Shown here one piece after another: positions 1 to 10,727 of a DNA stretch of 64,000 nucleotides. Under the pieces are notes generated by a model that ran no database searches, had not been told where the DNA came from, and saw nothing but the letters and a program-made list of their open reading frames with translations. The DNA lies in assembly GCA_051294375.1 (NCBI GenBank), contig CM119267.1, forward strand, positions 23,650,115-23,714,114, written 5' to 3'. The stretch's first letter is position 1; every line of letters starts with the position of its first letter. The position numbers and the translations under genes are program-made. This DNA is from Paraspadella gotoi (lineage: Eukaryota > Animalia > Chaetognatha).

Positions 1-539
1 TAAAGCTAGGGCCAATCTTTGTCAATGGGGTGCGTCAAAAGTTTGATTTGGGAACCTTCCCAAATGAAACTTCATACATTTCTGAGAAAACTTTCAATGG
101 ACCAAAATTTTCTAAAATGGCTAGAAGCACTAGTAATTATTTTTTTACTATTTATTTATAGATAGAAAATGTTAAAAAAAGTTGTCTACATAAAATATAA
201 TTCTTTTTTCAATATTTTGCTGATAAGTGGGTTAAAATTGGGAGAAACCTTAAAAAAATTTTATTATCCGATGATTTTAGCAGTTTTTAATAAGTTTTAG
301 TAAGAAAACATCAAAATTTTAAAGTTGTAATTATATTTTTTGCTTAAATTTTTGAGCTCTATCAGAATCAATTAAAAAATGTTAAATACCAAAAAAAATT
401 GTTGGACTTAGCAATATAATAATTACTAATGTTTCGGAACATTTTTTCAAAAAAATATTTTAACACAATAATTAATACCAATAATGGATTAGTTTAATGC
501 TGTCCCCATTAAAATTTTGAATTTGGTCGGCTACCGCTA
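1..539. mobile_element. Non-autonomous DNA-transposon-like dispersed repeat (hAT-like TAG/CTA end)
   Basis: Aligns by eye over most of its length to the reverse complement of 60495-61128 (e.g. ...aatttggtcggctacc vs ggtagccgaccaaatt...). A more distant relative lies at about 18470-19075. Confidence 0.65.
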
Positions 540-909
540 CTTATATTATATTATATTATATCATAATCAGATTAACTTTTTTAATGTTTGTGCTTTTGAT
601 TATTCACTAAATGAGACCAACAAAAAAACTTGTTTTCGCCGACGATGAAAATGACGACTGACTCCATTTTCAGTTCACTCTGGTGTCTAAAACTCGCTTC
701 CTTATTGACTACTGTGCTACTGTGCTAACTTTAAACCCGCTATGCCTAAACGTTTCACTACAAAATAAAAAAAAGAAAAAAAAAATTCACGCCGTCACTC
801 ATCATGATTTTAATGCAGCGAGATACTAACTCTAAGATAGTCAAGTTGAAATTCAAATGATGTAAACTTTGAGTCTATTTTGTCTTTCAGGATAACATTG
901 ACACCGTTG

Positions 910-1094
910 CTAAGCGACGACGCCCTGACCGACGCCGCGACCGACAAGTTTGACGACGAAACCGACGAGAATGCCGACAATGCCGACGTCGACTCCGGCG
1001 CGAACAGAAGAAGCGCCGCAACGCCGAAGACTGGGCGGGCCGCAACGAAAATCGCAACTTCCGGTGCAGAAGCCTCGTTCTCCGTCTGGGGGAG

Positions 1095-1150
<56 letters not shown>

Positions 1151-1653
1151 AAAAAATAATAGCGATCAGTAATCATCAGCAACCTCCGAACGCATCCTTG
1201 GACAATCCTTTGAAAATTTTCAGCAGCCATCCAACTCATGCTTGGACATGCAGCAACCTTTATCACATCCTCCAAAACGCAGCATTTTTAGCGGCCATCC
1301 AACTGATTCTTGGACGTGCAGCAACCTTAATCACATCCTCTGACATGCCACATTTTCAGCAGCCATCCAACTCACGTTTGGGCATGCAGCAAACCTTTTT
1401 CCATCCTCCGAAACGCAGCATTTTAACTGATTCTTGGACGTGCAGCAACCTTAATCACATCCTATGACATGCAGCATTTTCAGCAGCCATCCAACTCACG
1501 CTTGGGCATACAGCAGCCGTCGGCTATCTTGTGTCCTCTGTAGACAAACTTGTTCGAAGAGCAGTAGTGATTGGACAAGCAGTCGCCGATATCCTCGGCG
1601 CAGCAGACGGAGAAGAGCAGTAGGAGCAGCAGCACGATGGAGCAAGGGCTCAT
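910..1653 (-). CDS. Small secreted 8-Cys, probably GPI-anchored protein, paralogue 1 (2 exons, 109 aa)
   Basis: Exon 1 1653-1500 encodes MSPCSIVLLLLLLFSVCCA-EDIGDCLSNHYCSSNKFVYRGHKIADGCCMPK, with phase-1 donor C|gtgagt. Exon 2 1085-910 follows a (CT)n-cccag acceptor and encodes (H)GERGFCTGSCDFRCGPPSLRRCGASSVRAGVDVGIVGILVGFVVKLVGRGVGQGVVA*. Phases match, and Cys spacing is shared with two neighbouring paralogues. Confidence 0.85.
1216..1520. repeat. Minisatellite with ~68-bp unit, about 4.5 copies, alternating A/B variants
   Basis: Recurring cagcagccatccaactca..ttgg.catgcagcaacc. It lies in the intron of paralogue 1 and overlaps its exon-1 end. Confidence 0.85.
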
Positions 1654-1713
1654 CTTTTATCGTCACTGATGTCACAACTGGTAGGTGGGTGGGATTGTTC
1701 GGTCTGTCTCTCT

Positions 1714-1945
1714 TGTAGTCGGGCATTGTAATAATTTCACCCCGCCTCTAAGCATATTCCCTTTCTTTAGTCGTGACCCGATGTCTCATGGAGTAATCCC
1801 ATCGGCTCATGACCACCTGCGGGAAACGTAAGGACGGTCGTAAACCGTAAACCGCCCAGGAACACGTTTCATTGCAGCCGAAGGGGCACGGAAGACAAGG
1901 ATAGTAGTCTGCAACCCACTTAGCGCCTTATTCACAAACTTACTT
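1714..1945 (+). mobile_element. tRNA-related interspersed repeat family A (SINE-like, with TGTAGTCGGGCAT 5' extension)
   Basis: Shares its 5' segment, tRNA-like head and agcgccttat 3' segment with copies at 5474-5527 (-), 13468-13665 (-), 30650-30834 (-) and 47616-47845 (+). Confidence 0.65.
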
Positions 1946-2415
1946 GTTTCGTTTAAGAAAGGGATTTAGATTTACCTTTGAGCAGATTTAAAAAGTTGAT
2001 CTGTTGTTGTTGTTGTTGTTTTTTTTTTGTTTTGTTTTTTTTTTCGCCGGTACAAATTTTTCAGAGGTTTAAGAGCGATAAATAAACTTATGACGTAGGA
2101 CAGCAAATTTACAAAAACTAATTATGATGTATAATTTATTTTAGTCTAGATTATTTATTTATACTTTACTTTATTTATATTTATTTATTACTTTATACTT
2201 TAAAAAATTGATCGATTTCGGTTGATAGGGCTGGTAGAATTTCATTTTACTCTTGTTGAATCGACGCTCATTCATTTGCAAGAATGAGTCACTCGCTTTT
2301 GCTCGTTAGGGTGATTAAGTCAGTTATGAGTAGTTTAGTTTCAGTTAGTGTTCGTTTTAAAGAAAAATAAATATCTAGCAAGAAATAGAAGAGAAGAGAA
2401 GAAAAGAGAAAACAC

Positions 2416-2490
<75 letters not shown>

Positions 2491-2903
2491 AGAGAAGAGA
2501 GAGAGTGTGTAACCGAAAAATTGAGAGACATATATATCTCAATTATTCTCTTACCTTTGTTTTTTTGTTTTTTTTTAATCCCATACAATTTTGTTCTTTA
2601 GATGAGACTTATTTCCATATTAATTTATTTTTCCTTCAAATTTTTATTTGTGCTCTTTCATCTTCAACATAGCGCAACAACCATTACCCGTTACTTCCGC
2701 TCGTCGCTTTCCTCGCGACCCGAAAACGAGGCTTCGTGTCGTTTCCACGAAGTAAATAATCAAAGAAAGAAAGTCCCTTTACCACACTCGTTTAGCCTCT
2801 TCGTCAAAAACGTTTTTTTTCTCTATTTTTTTATTATTTTTCTTTTTTTTTCGCAAAATTTATTTTTCCCTTTTTTTTTTAATTCGAGCTAAGGACGAAT
2901 AAA

Positions 2904-3909
2904 ATGTATTTTACTCTAATGCTCGCGGCGACGGTGGCGGCGTTGTCGTCCGTCGACGGGCAACTGACGTGCGGAGCTGCCAAGTGCGACCCCGCTAAAA
3001 ATCAACTCATGTGCAAGGTGATTGAGAAAAAACCGAAATGGGGCGGGGCTTAGTTTTTTAATTTATGTTTGCTAATGCTTTGTCTAATGGCAGAGAATTT
3101 AGTCGTTTGACGCTGCTATGGCCATCCAGAGTAATACGAAGTTTCATATTCTGAGAAAAAAAAAATGAGAAAGTCGACTTCATATCTTACAGTACGACAC
3201 GGCCTCTAAAAAGTCTGTCTGCGCCGACATCAATGATTGCGCCAAAAATTGCGCCGCCGCGACGGCTACATGCTCCTGCTGTGACAAGTTCGTAGATGAT
3301 AAGTCCTGCAAAACGTACTGGGATGGGGTCAAGATGAACGCAACTCAGTTGAAATGTCAAAAGGACGCGAAAACCACGGTCGAATGCACCGGTGTCCCCA
3401 AATTTGCGGCAATGTGCGGCCTCAATAAAAAAGGGTAAGGAGGGTGTTTATTATCATTTATTTTTATTCATAATTTTTTTAACCTATACGTTAATGATTA
3501 TATAAAGTTGTCAATCTTTGTTCATAGCAAACTTGGTTTCCCCTCTTTCTAAAGCGATCAAATGGGATGCGCCAATTCTGATGGAGTCTGCATCGCCAAG
3601 TATGGAAAAGACGGATGCTGCTGCAAGAAGGAAATATGCAATGCCAAGATGGCAACGTGCAAGGCGGATCAACCTAAGACCAATACAACCACTTCCATGA
3701 CCACTGCCAACCCGAGCGGTAACTCCACGGCCGCACCCGTCAAAACCACCACCAAAGCCGCCGGCAAAAAAACCACCAAAGCCCCCAAAAAAACCACCAT
3801 GACCACCACAACCACCACCGAAGCCGGCGAGATCGATTCCGCCGCCTCGACCTTCGCCGCCAACGTTGTCTTCGTCGTCGTCGCCGCCGTCGCCGCCGTC
3901 GGGGCTTGA
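2904..3909 (+). CDS. Cys-rich surface protein with Thr/Lys-rich mucin-like stalk and GPI-type C-terminus (3 exons, 236 aa); Ly6/three-finger-like end motif
   Basis: Exon 2904-3017 encodes signal peptide MYFTLMLAATVAALSSVDG (AAG|gtgatt). Exon 3193-3434 is bounded by ttacag| and GG|gtaagg. Exon 3555-3909 follows ttcccctctttctaaag. The spliced frame is open throughout. It contains CCCKKEICN, resembling the Ly6/uPAR CCxxxxCN end, then a T-rich stalk and the hydrophobic tail NVVFVVVAAVAAVGA*. Confidence 0.85.
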
Positions 3910-4749
3910 AGCTGGAGGCGGAGCGATGGGAAGACGGGGTGATGGGATTGAGACGGCGAGAGCGATGGGAAGACGGGGTGATGGGAGAAGGAAGAAGAAA
4001 TAAAGGGGATTTGGACTCGAAAGAGAAAGAAAGAGAAGAGAAGAGAAGAGAAAGAAACATTTTTTTAGGGACGAAAATAATTTATTTTTTTCTTGAGTTT
4101 TATTTTCTATTCGAATCTGAAATAAAAGAGAGAATAAAAAACAAAAGACCCAATTTTGATTTTTTTTTTTAATAAGACCTATGGTAGAACTGAAAAATAA
4201 ACGGAACATTTAAATTAAAATTATGAAGCAATGAAGAGTATCAAAATACGCGAAAGAGAAATTTTTTTTTTTAGTAATATTCAAATGTCCAGTTAAAAAT
4301 CAAAATGCCTAAACTGGATCGGAACCACCGACTTACGCAACTGTTTTCCTGATTTGACTCTACTGGGAATTTAGAGGAGTCGTGACGCTGATTGCATCTA
4401 AATTGTGTTTGAAAACATTTGAAAGGATATAAACCCGAAGATTAGGAAATACGAACTGGAAAACGTTTTTACCATGAGGAAACTAAATCATAATTACTCG
4501 TTTGGCATCGATAGCATTTTAGGTTCGAAATATTTATTAATCGGATGGATTCAACAGGGGAAGCGAAATCAACAGGAAAAACGAAGCGACTTTTGCGACT
4601 CAGAATCGAATGTTCATAATTTGGATTAGAGATTTGGTCAGAGATTTGGTCAGAGATTTGGATCAGAGATTTGGTCAGAGATTTTCCAATTTTGCTTCTT
4701 TTTCCTCTCGCACTTTACTAACTGTTAACGACTTAGACGATCTGCCTTC

Positions 4750-6455
4750 TCAACGGAATCCAACGCCGCCGACCTCGACAATGACGCCGCTAAGAATGAC
4801 GCCGATGACGCCGCTAAGAATGACGCCGATGACAACGTTTACGAAACCAAGACCGAGCGATCTCGCGCCGCATGCCATTCCTTTGCGTAGGCAACGCCCA
4901 CAGTTATCCGTGCAGAAACCAACGCCCCAATCTCGAAGGAAAAATTGATCGATTGATTGATTGGTTTTGATTGAGTGATTGCTCTCCTTTCGCAAGGGCG
5001 TGCACAATAGTAGACGCCCTCGACTAAGTCCTGGGGCCCAGGCGCCAAGGTAAGCCATCAAAAAAAACTGTGGATGTGTGGCGGTGTATTCACACCGCCT
5101 CACGTCAACCATCTTTCAGCCAAATCCATTGGCTCATAGGGGGAACACACCATCCCAAGCGTAGTGTTCCATCCACAGTCCTAACGACTTCCCTCTGCGT
5201 TGGCAAAGCGAGACCGTCCTAGGGTAACCGCGCCAGTGACAGGAGGCGTCACTGAGGGTCGGATGCCCCCAAAGCCAACAGTGAGATGCTCCATCCCAAT
5301 GGGCATCACAGGCAACCCGGCTGTTGCCCTAGATGCTTTTTATTTCAAACGAAAAATCTAAACGTTTAACTCGGATTGAGCTCATGAAAAATTCACATTT
5401 TTAATGTTTTTTTTGTGAAAAAACTCAACCTAATCTATTCATAATAATATATATATCTATATATATATATTCTCGACTGAAGGTGTTATGCTTAGAGGCG
5501 GGGTGAACTTTGCTATGCCCGACTACAAGCTCTCCGTTTCTCTAATGGGCCCGAGCCAGTGGCAACGCCTCTTTTTATCCCCAGGCGATTACTTACCCCT
5601 ATCCCTCCTTCGAATCGGCATGCAGCAGCCGTCGTTCATCCTGACTCCATTGACGATCATTATGTTTTCTGTGCAGAAGTAGTCGGAGTAACAGGAGAAT
5701 GGATCCTCACCCGCGCAGGAGCTAAAGACTGAGAAGAGGGAGGGAGGAGGAATAGCAGTGGGGGAGGAAAAGGAGCAGTGGGGGAGGAAAAGGAGCAGTA
5801 GGGGAGGAAAAGGAGCATTGGTCAGTTAAGAGAAGATTACATTTAAGATTAAAGATTAAATATTAAAGATTAAAGATTAAAGATTAAAGAATAAAGATTA
5901 AAAATTTAAGATTACATTAAAAAGATTTTACACAGATTATAGTTGGAAAATAATTGTATCGCTAAATTCGTTGTACAATACAAAATTAAACTTACACACG
6001 TACGAACCTTAGAACGATTTAATTAACTGAAAAAACCCATTCGGGGAAACTACTGGGAACCATCAGGGGAGACCTTTGTGCATGCATTAGAGTGTTGTAA
6101 AATAAGAAAGGAATTCTTGAGGTTTAAACATTTGAAAATACAGCCGGTGCAAAAAAAAATAAATAAATAAAAATAATAAAACCTGACAGAAAACAAACCT
6201 TTATCGAAAATCGCGGAGCGATATTGTCAATATTATCAATATTGTAAATATTATTGAATAATGAAATTTAGTAGTGTTTAATGTGAGTGTGAGCGTGAGT
6301 TGTTAAAAAAATTAATGAAAATCCTATCATTAATTTTATGTAATGAGGATATCGGCAACTTCTGAAAATCATTTACTAAAAAATAAAAATTTGTTTGACT
6401 AACCGCTGACGAAAACGACGACGACGACGACGACTGGGATCGAGCGAAACTTCAT
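4750..6455 (-). CDS. Small secreted 8-Cys, probably GPI-anchored protein, paralogue 2 (3 exons, 121 aa)
   Basis: Exon 1 6455-6404 MKFRSIPVVVVVVVFVS (G|gttagt). Exon 2 5728-5597 (V)FSSCAGEDPFSCYSDYFCTENIMIVNGVRMNDGCCMPIRRRDR (G|gtaagt). Exon 3 4931-4750 (D)WGVGFCTDNCGRCLRKGMACGARSLGLGFVNVVIGVILSGVIGVILSGVIVEVGGVGFR*. All junctions are phase 1. The last acceptor is an uncommon GAG (ttccttcgag), and exon 1 is the least certain part. Confidence 0.8.
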
Positions 6456-6477
6456 CTGCGACTGACAAAAGAGCAAC

Positions 6478-6546
<69 letters not shown>

Positions 6547-6893
6547 AGGGTTCGGCCTGACACCGTCTTGATCGTCGCAAAACAGCGCCGCTTCACGATT
6601 TCCGGCGACCTTAATGATTGTTATTACATCTCTTTTTATACTAACTTTTTAAAACTTAGACTCCAATGTTAGTTGGCGTTTAGGACCGTTTGGCGATATT
6701 AAAAACTTTTTTGTTCGTTTGTAGGTTTGTTTTAAATTTTGAAAAACTTTGGATAACCGGGTGCGTTAATGTTTACAGTTTATATATTTGATTTACTTTA
6801 CATCATATTTAATGGATAAATTTAACGATGAAATTAAGCAATTACTTCTTTCATGATTCGAAATTATCTTAATACGACTACGAGAAATAGAGA

Positions 6894-6924
<31 letters not shown>

Positions 6925-7284
6925 TATATACAAAGAAATCATTATAATTCAGTTAAGAAAAAGGGTCATTCAAATCACCTTCAAAATAGCTCCTGGCGAT
7001 TCCGTAAATGTATTCACTTTAAACATTTGATGCATTCTACGCCATTTTATATCGGTTTTAATTATAATATAAAATAAAAGAAACCTATCTGAAGAGTTGC
7101 AGGTCAAACAAAAAAGCCAATCCATCTGATATTTTTTATAAATTTTTTATTACTGAATTAGAAAAATGTAATAAAGAGACATTTTTAAATTTCAACTTGT
7201 ATCCTTAAAAAATGAAACGTTTTTAAACTTTAGCCTTGAATTCTTCCTAACTGGAATGCGTTTATCAAAATTTCTCTCTATTAC

Positions 7285-7878
7285 TAGTAGTTAAAAGTTT
7301 GATTTGGTCTTTTCATTCCAATAATATAAAAGGAAGTAACATAATATTTATTTATTAAAAGATTCTGCTATTTTAGAACATCTTTTTGATTGCACTAATA
7401 CCTGTCAATTTCCTGACCCAGGGGTTATTTGGGATGAATGTAAAATATTAGAACAAGAAAATAATAAATTAAAAAGATTGTCCTTAGAAAGTATTCATAT
7501 TAAAAAGAATAAACTTAAAACAGTAAATAGAAATGAAGGAAATTTGAGCACTGAATGGGATAAGGCTCTTAAGGTCACCTTTGAAAAGACAAAAACCATT
7601 TGGTTTAAGGTCATCTCAAGCCTATAGAATTCAAAGGCAGAGAAGAGAAGAAATGGCCAGAGTGAGGAGAATGGATTTTCAGCCAAATAGAAGAGTAGAA
7701 ACCTTACCTAAAACTGTTTTGTAAATTTTGTGTTATTTTGTTATGCACCTTTGAGGGAGACAGAAGTCTCTGAAGATCAGTGCTTATTTAAAAATAAATA
7801 TTATGTTACTTCCAGAAATAATTTGTTTTCCTTTTATATTATTGGCATGAAAAGACCAAATCAAACTTTTAACTACTA
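7285..7878. mobile_element. MITE with long terminal inverted repeats
   Basis: tagtagttaaaagtttgatttggtcttttcat.ccaataatataaaagga at 7285 is mirrored, ending at 7878. Confidence 0.75.
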
Positions 7879-8535
7879 AATCTTCTGCCAAAATCATGAC
7901 TCTCAAACAAATAAGTCTCTCTATTACATTTTTACAAATGTTTTTAAGATTGCTAATCAAATTTTTAAATCAAATTCAAATTCAGTGTAGATTCATTGTA
8001 GCTTGAATTTCTTTACCATCTATTTAACTGAAGATTTTGTTCATGACTAGAAAACCAACTAAGTAACAAGATTAATTGTTTAATTCTCCCCTTCTAAATT
8101 ATCCCTTACCGTGTTTTAACTTCTTACCTAAAATTTTTTAACAACCAGAGTGAAAAACAAATCTTTAAAAAATGTGCTTACCCATTTAACTTGACAATTT
8201 TGTTATTTACTGATTTAAAAAAAAAGATTTAAAACAGAATGTTTACATATAAATAAAAACTTATTTTTTTGTGATTACTGATTACTATAATGTATTTCTC
8301 GATGTATTAGCTCTAATACATCAATGATTACGCATTGTTATGGTGAATGACCTTTCCTCTTAAAATTTAAACCATAAAAATCTTCCATCTGTTCGCAGTT
8401 TGCGTCTAAATTATAATTTCAAATAGAATTACACTTGTAATCAACATTTTGAAAAGAGTAAAATCTTCAAATAGTATAATGTCATCTTTAAAAAGAAATC
8501 CGTCCCGCCGCCCCCCAATTTTTTTCCGGAAATCT

Positions 8536-9727
8536 CTACGATCCGGCGCCGGATCGCGTTGCCGAGACGACGACGCCGACGCCCACGAAGGCGACGACGA
8601 CGACGAAGCCGTTGAAGCCGGAAAAATGAATCGGCGCCGAACACCTCAATCCACTTTTCGTGCAATTCTTGCAGGACGCCGTGCAGATGCCTGAGTGGGA
8701 CTCTATGGTTGAAGGGAAGGGGGGTAGGATTGATTGTTAATCGATTGAGTCATTGATTGATTGATAGATTAATAATTTGCGAAAATATTCGATAGAAATA
8801 GAAATATTTAGGACTAAGCTCTGACGAACAAAGCCAGAGGTTTTTTTAATATATTCTTATACCGGCCAAGGTAGAATGATGGCAATAATAATGAATGATG
8901 GCAAGAATGATGGCAATAATCATACAATTGAAACATTCTTTGAAATATTTTCCACTTCATCGATAGGGAAGCCAGGTACTCTGGGAGTGAATAAACGGGA
9001 CTGTGAGAGAGTCTTGATTGAAAGCTTGCAGGGACCTGCTATGTCATTATCTTGTAAGAGTGATGGAGGCCTTAAACCACCAAAGCCTGTCCAAAGTCAG
9101 GGGCAAGATAGCTTATTTATTAAATGAATGGATAATTTTTATATTGGTTGTACCAATTTCATAAATATAAATTTTCAAAAAAATCCAACCATAAATATAG
9201 AAAATATTAACCAAAATCTTCGGAAAATCCACCCCTTCTTTGGAAGATTTTCGCCATAGAAGATTTTTTCCCGAATCTGACTCCCGGTTGAAAACTCTTA
9301 GAATTCTGATCGTTAGCTCCTCTTTTATTTTTACTTTAAATAAAAAATTCACCAAAATGGACTCAATCTCTTCCTCGATCTCTAAGAACGACGTCGGCTC
9401 CTAAAATATTGGTTTGCGGCTGTGAAGGTTTTGAAGCCACGGGGTCACTGGCGAAGTATACTGATAAAGTATTACGCGAGATATGCGCATTTTTAATGTA
9501 AGCGGAACAGACCGACAGACAGACATACCCAGAGACCGACCTACCGACCGACTGAAAAGCGACTCTTCGAGTAACTCACTGTTGTGCATGCAGCAACCGT
9601 CGCTGACTGGTGTCGAGTTAACGAGGAACGTGTGCTCGATGCAGTAGAAGTTCGAATAGCAATGGATAAAGTTTTCGCAGGAGATCAACGCAGCCAGCGA
9701 CAGGACGAGTACAAAGCAGAGATTCAT
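8536..9727 (-). CDS. Small secreted 8-Cys, probably GPI-anchored protein, paralogue 3 (2 exons, 104 aa)
   Basis: Exon 1 9727-9580 MNLCFVLVLSLAALISCENFIHCYSNFYCIEHTFLVNSTPVSDGCCMHN (A|gtgagt). Exon 2 8702-8536 follows ccccttcccttcaaccatag and encodes (K)SHSGICTASCKNCTKSGLRCSAPIHFSGFNGFVVVVAFVGVGVVVSATRSGAGS*. The CC-to-C spacing (9 aa) is identical to paralogue 1. Confidence 0.85.
8921..9165 (+). mobile_element. Interspersed repeat, possibly a Penelope-like element 3' end/pseudo-LTR
   Basis: Near-identical to the reverse complement of 48242-48482 and 48560-48749, with fragments at about 13825-13868 and 51583-51698. Translation ...ERVLIESL... is weakly reminiscent of a GIY-YIG C-terminus (inference). 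Confidence 0.55.
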
Positions 9728-10727
9728 TGGTTGCGAAGAGAGATGCTCCTTTTTTTTTTAAAGAAAGAATTAAGTTATTAATTTTCTTTTTTTATGTTTG
9801 GTTTATATTAAGAGTTAGACAAAAGAAGTAATGATTGATTTTAAGGATATGATTTGGAATGGAAAATTTTTTGAAAAATTGGAGAGAGAAACTAAAAAAG
9901 TTACAAAACATGATTTTATTAAATTTAAATTAAATGAAATTAAGTGAAACGATTGTTTTCACATTCACAGTGTTAGAAACCATTATCGAAAAATTTAAAA
10001 AAAATTTTTGAGACTTTTGCAAGAAATTAGAACCTTCTTTTTTTAAGATACGGATGTTCTATATACAATGTACAATGTACAATATAATTAAAGATTAAGA
10101 AAAAACGTTGTTCACTTATGCATGTAAGCTAAAGCACATCAAATGACTAAATTAGACAATAAAATTTTTCTGCAGGAAGTTTTATCAACAGCAATGTTAC
10201 AGATCCTTGTATAAATTTACTGAACAATAAAAAGGTAAATATGAACAATGCAAAAAAATGGCGGAAACTTCTCGTTAGATCTTGCTTAAGAGACAAGAGA
10301 CAAAAACAAGAAAATATGAAACTTACAATTTTTTTTTTGTTCGTTTTGTTTTGTTTTTTGTCATTCTATGGGGAGGTTCACAAAACATTTAGTAAAATAT
10401 TCAAAAAATTGAATGAGCGTTAGGTTTGTCATGGGAGAAAATAATTTTGAAAATATACAGTTGTACAACATCAATATTTAAGTAAAATATGAGTAAGCGG
10501 CAAAATTACATTAAATTACTTTTAAAATTTTTTTTCTGGTTGATTTTGATTAAATGTAATGTTAAAAAAACAAAAATTTTTAATTTATAATGTTTAAAGC
10601 AAAATAGTTTTTAATTTCAACAACGATTTTTTTACACAATTTATAATGTAAATACTTATTGTACATATAAAACTTTGGCCAAAAAATAGGACGGAAACAT
10701 CTGGAATCCCACGCAGGCTTAAACTTC

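Noticed and set aside
880-1467. 195-aa plus-strand ORF
   Set aside because: It is the antisense shadow of paralogue-1 exon 2 plus a (GA)n tract and a minisatellite.
1216-1520. CRISPR-like array
   Set aside because: Units are contiguous degenerate tandem repeats with no unique spacers, in eukaryotic DNA with no cas genes.
3511-4209. 232-aa Gly-rich minus-strand ORF
   Set aside because: Antisense of the Thr-rich stalk exon of the 2904-3909 gene.
9212-9400. Exon-like open frame on the minus strand (EPTSFLEIEEE...)
   Set aside because: Phase 0 at both ends, inside the phase-1 intron of paralogue 3. It could only be a distal XK-gene exon, and no downstream partner was found; unsupported.
9584-9781. 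Plus-strand ORF MHAATVADWCRVNEERV...
   Set aside because: Antisense to exon 1 of paralogue 3, which is supported by family conservation.
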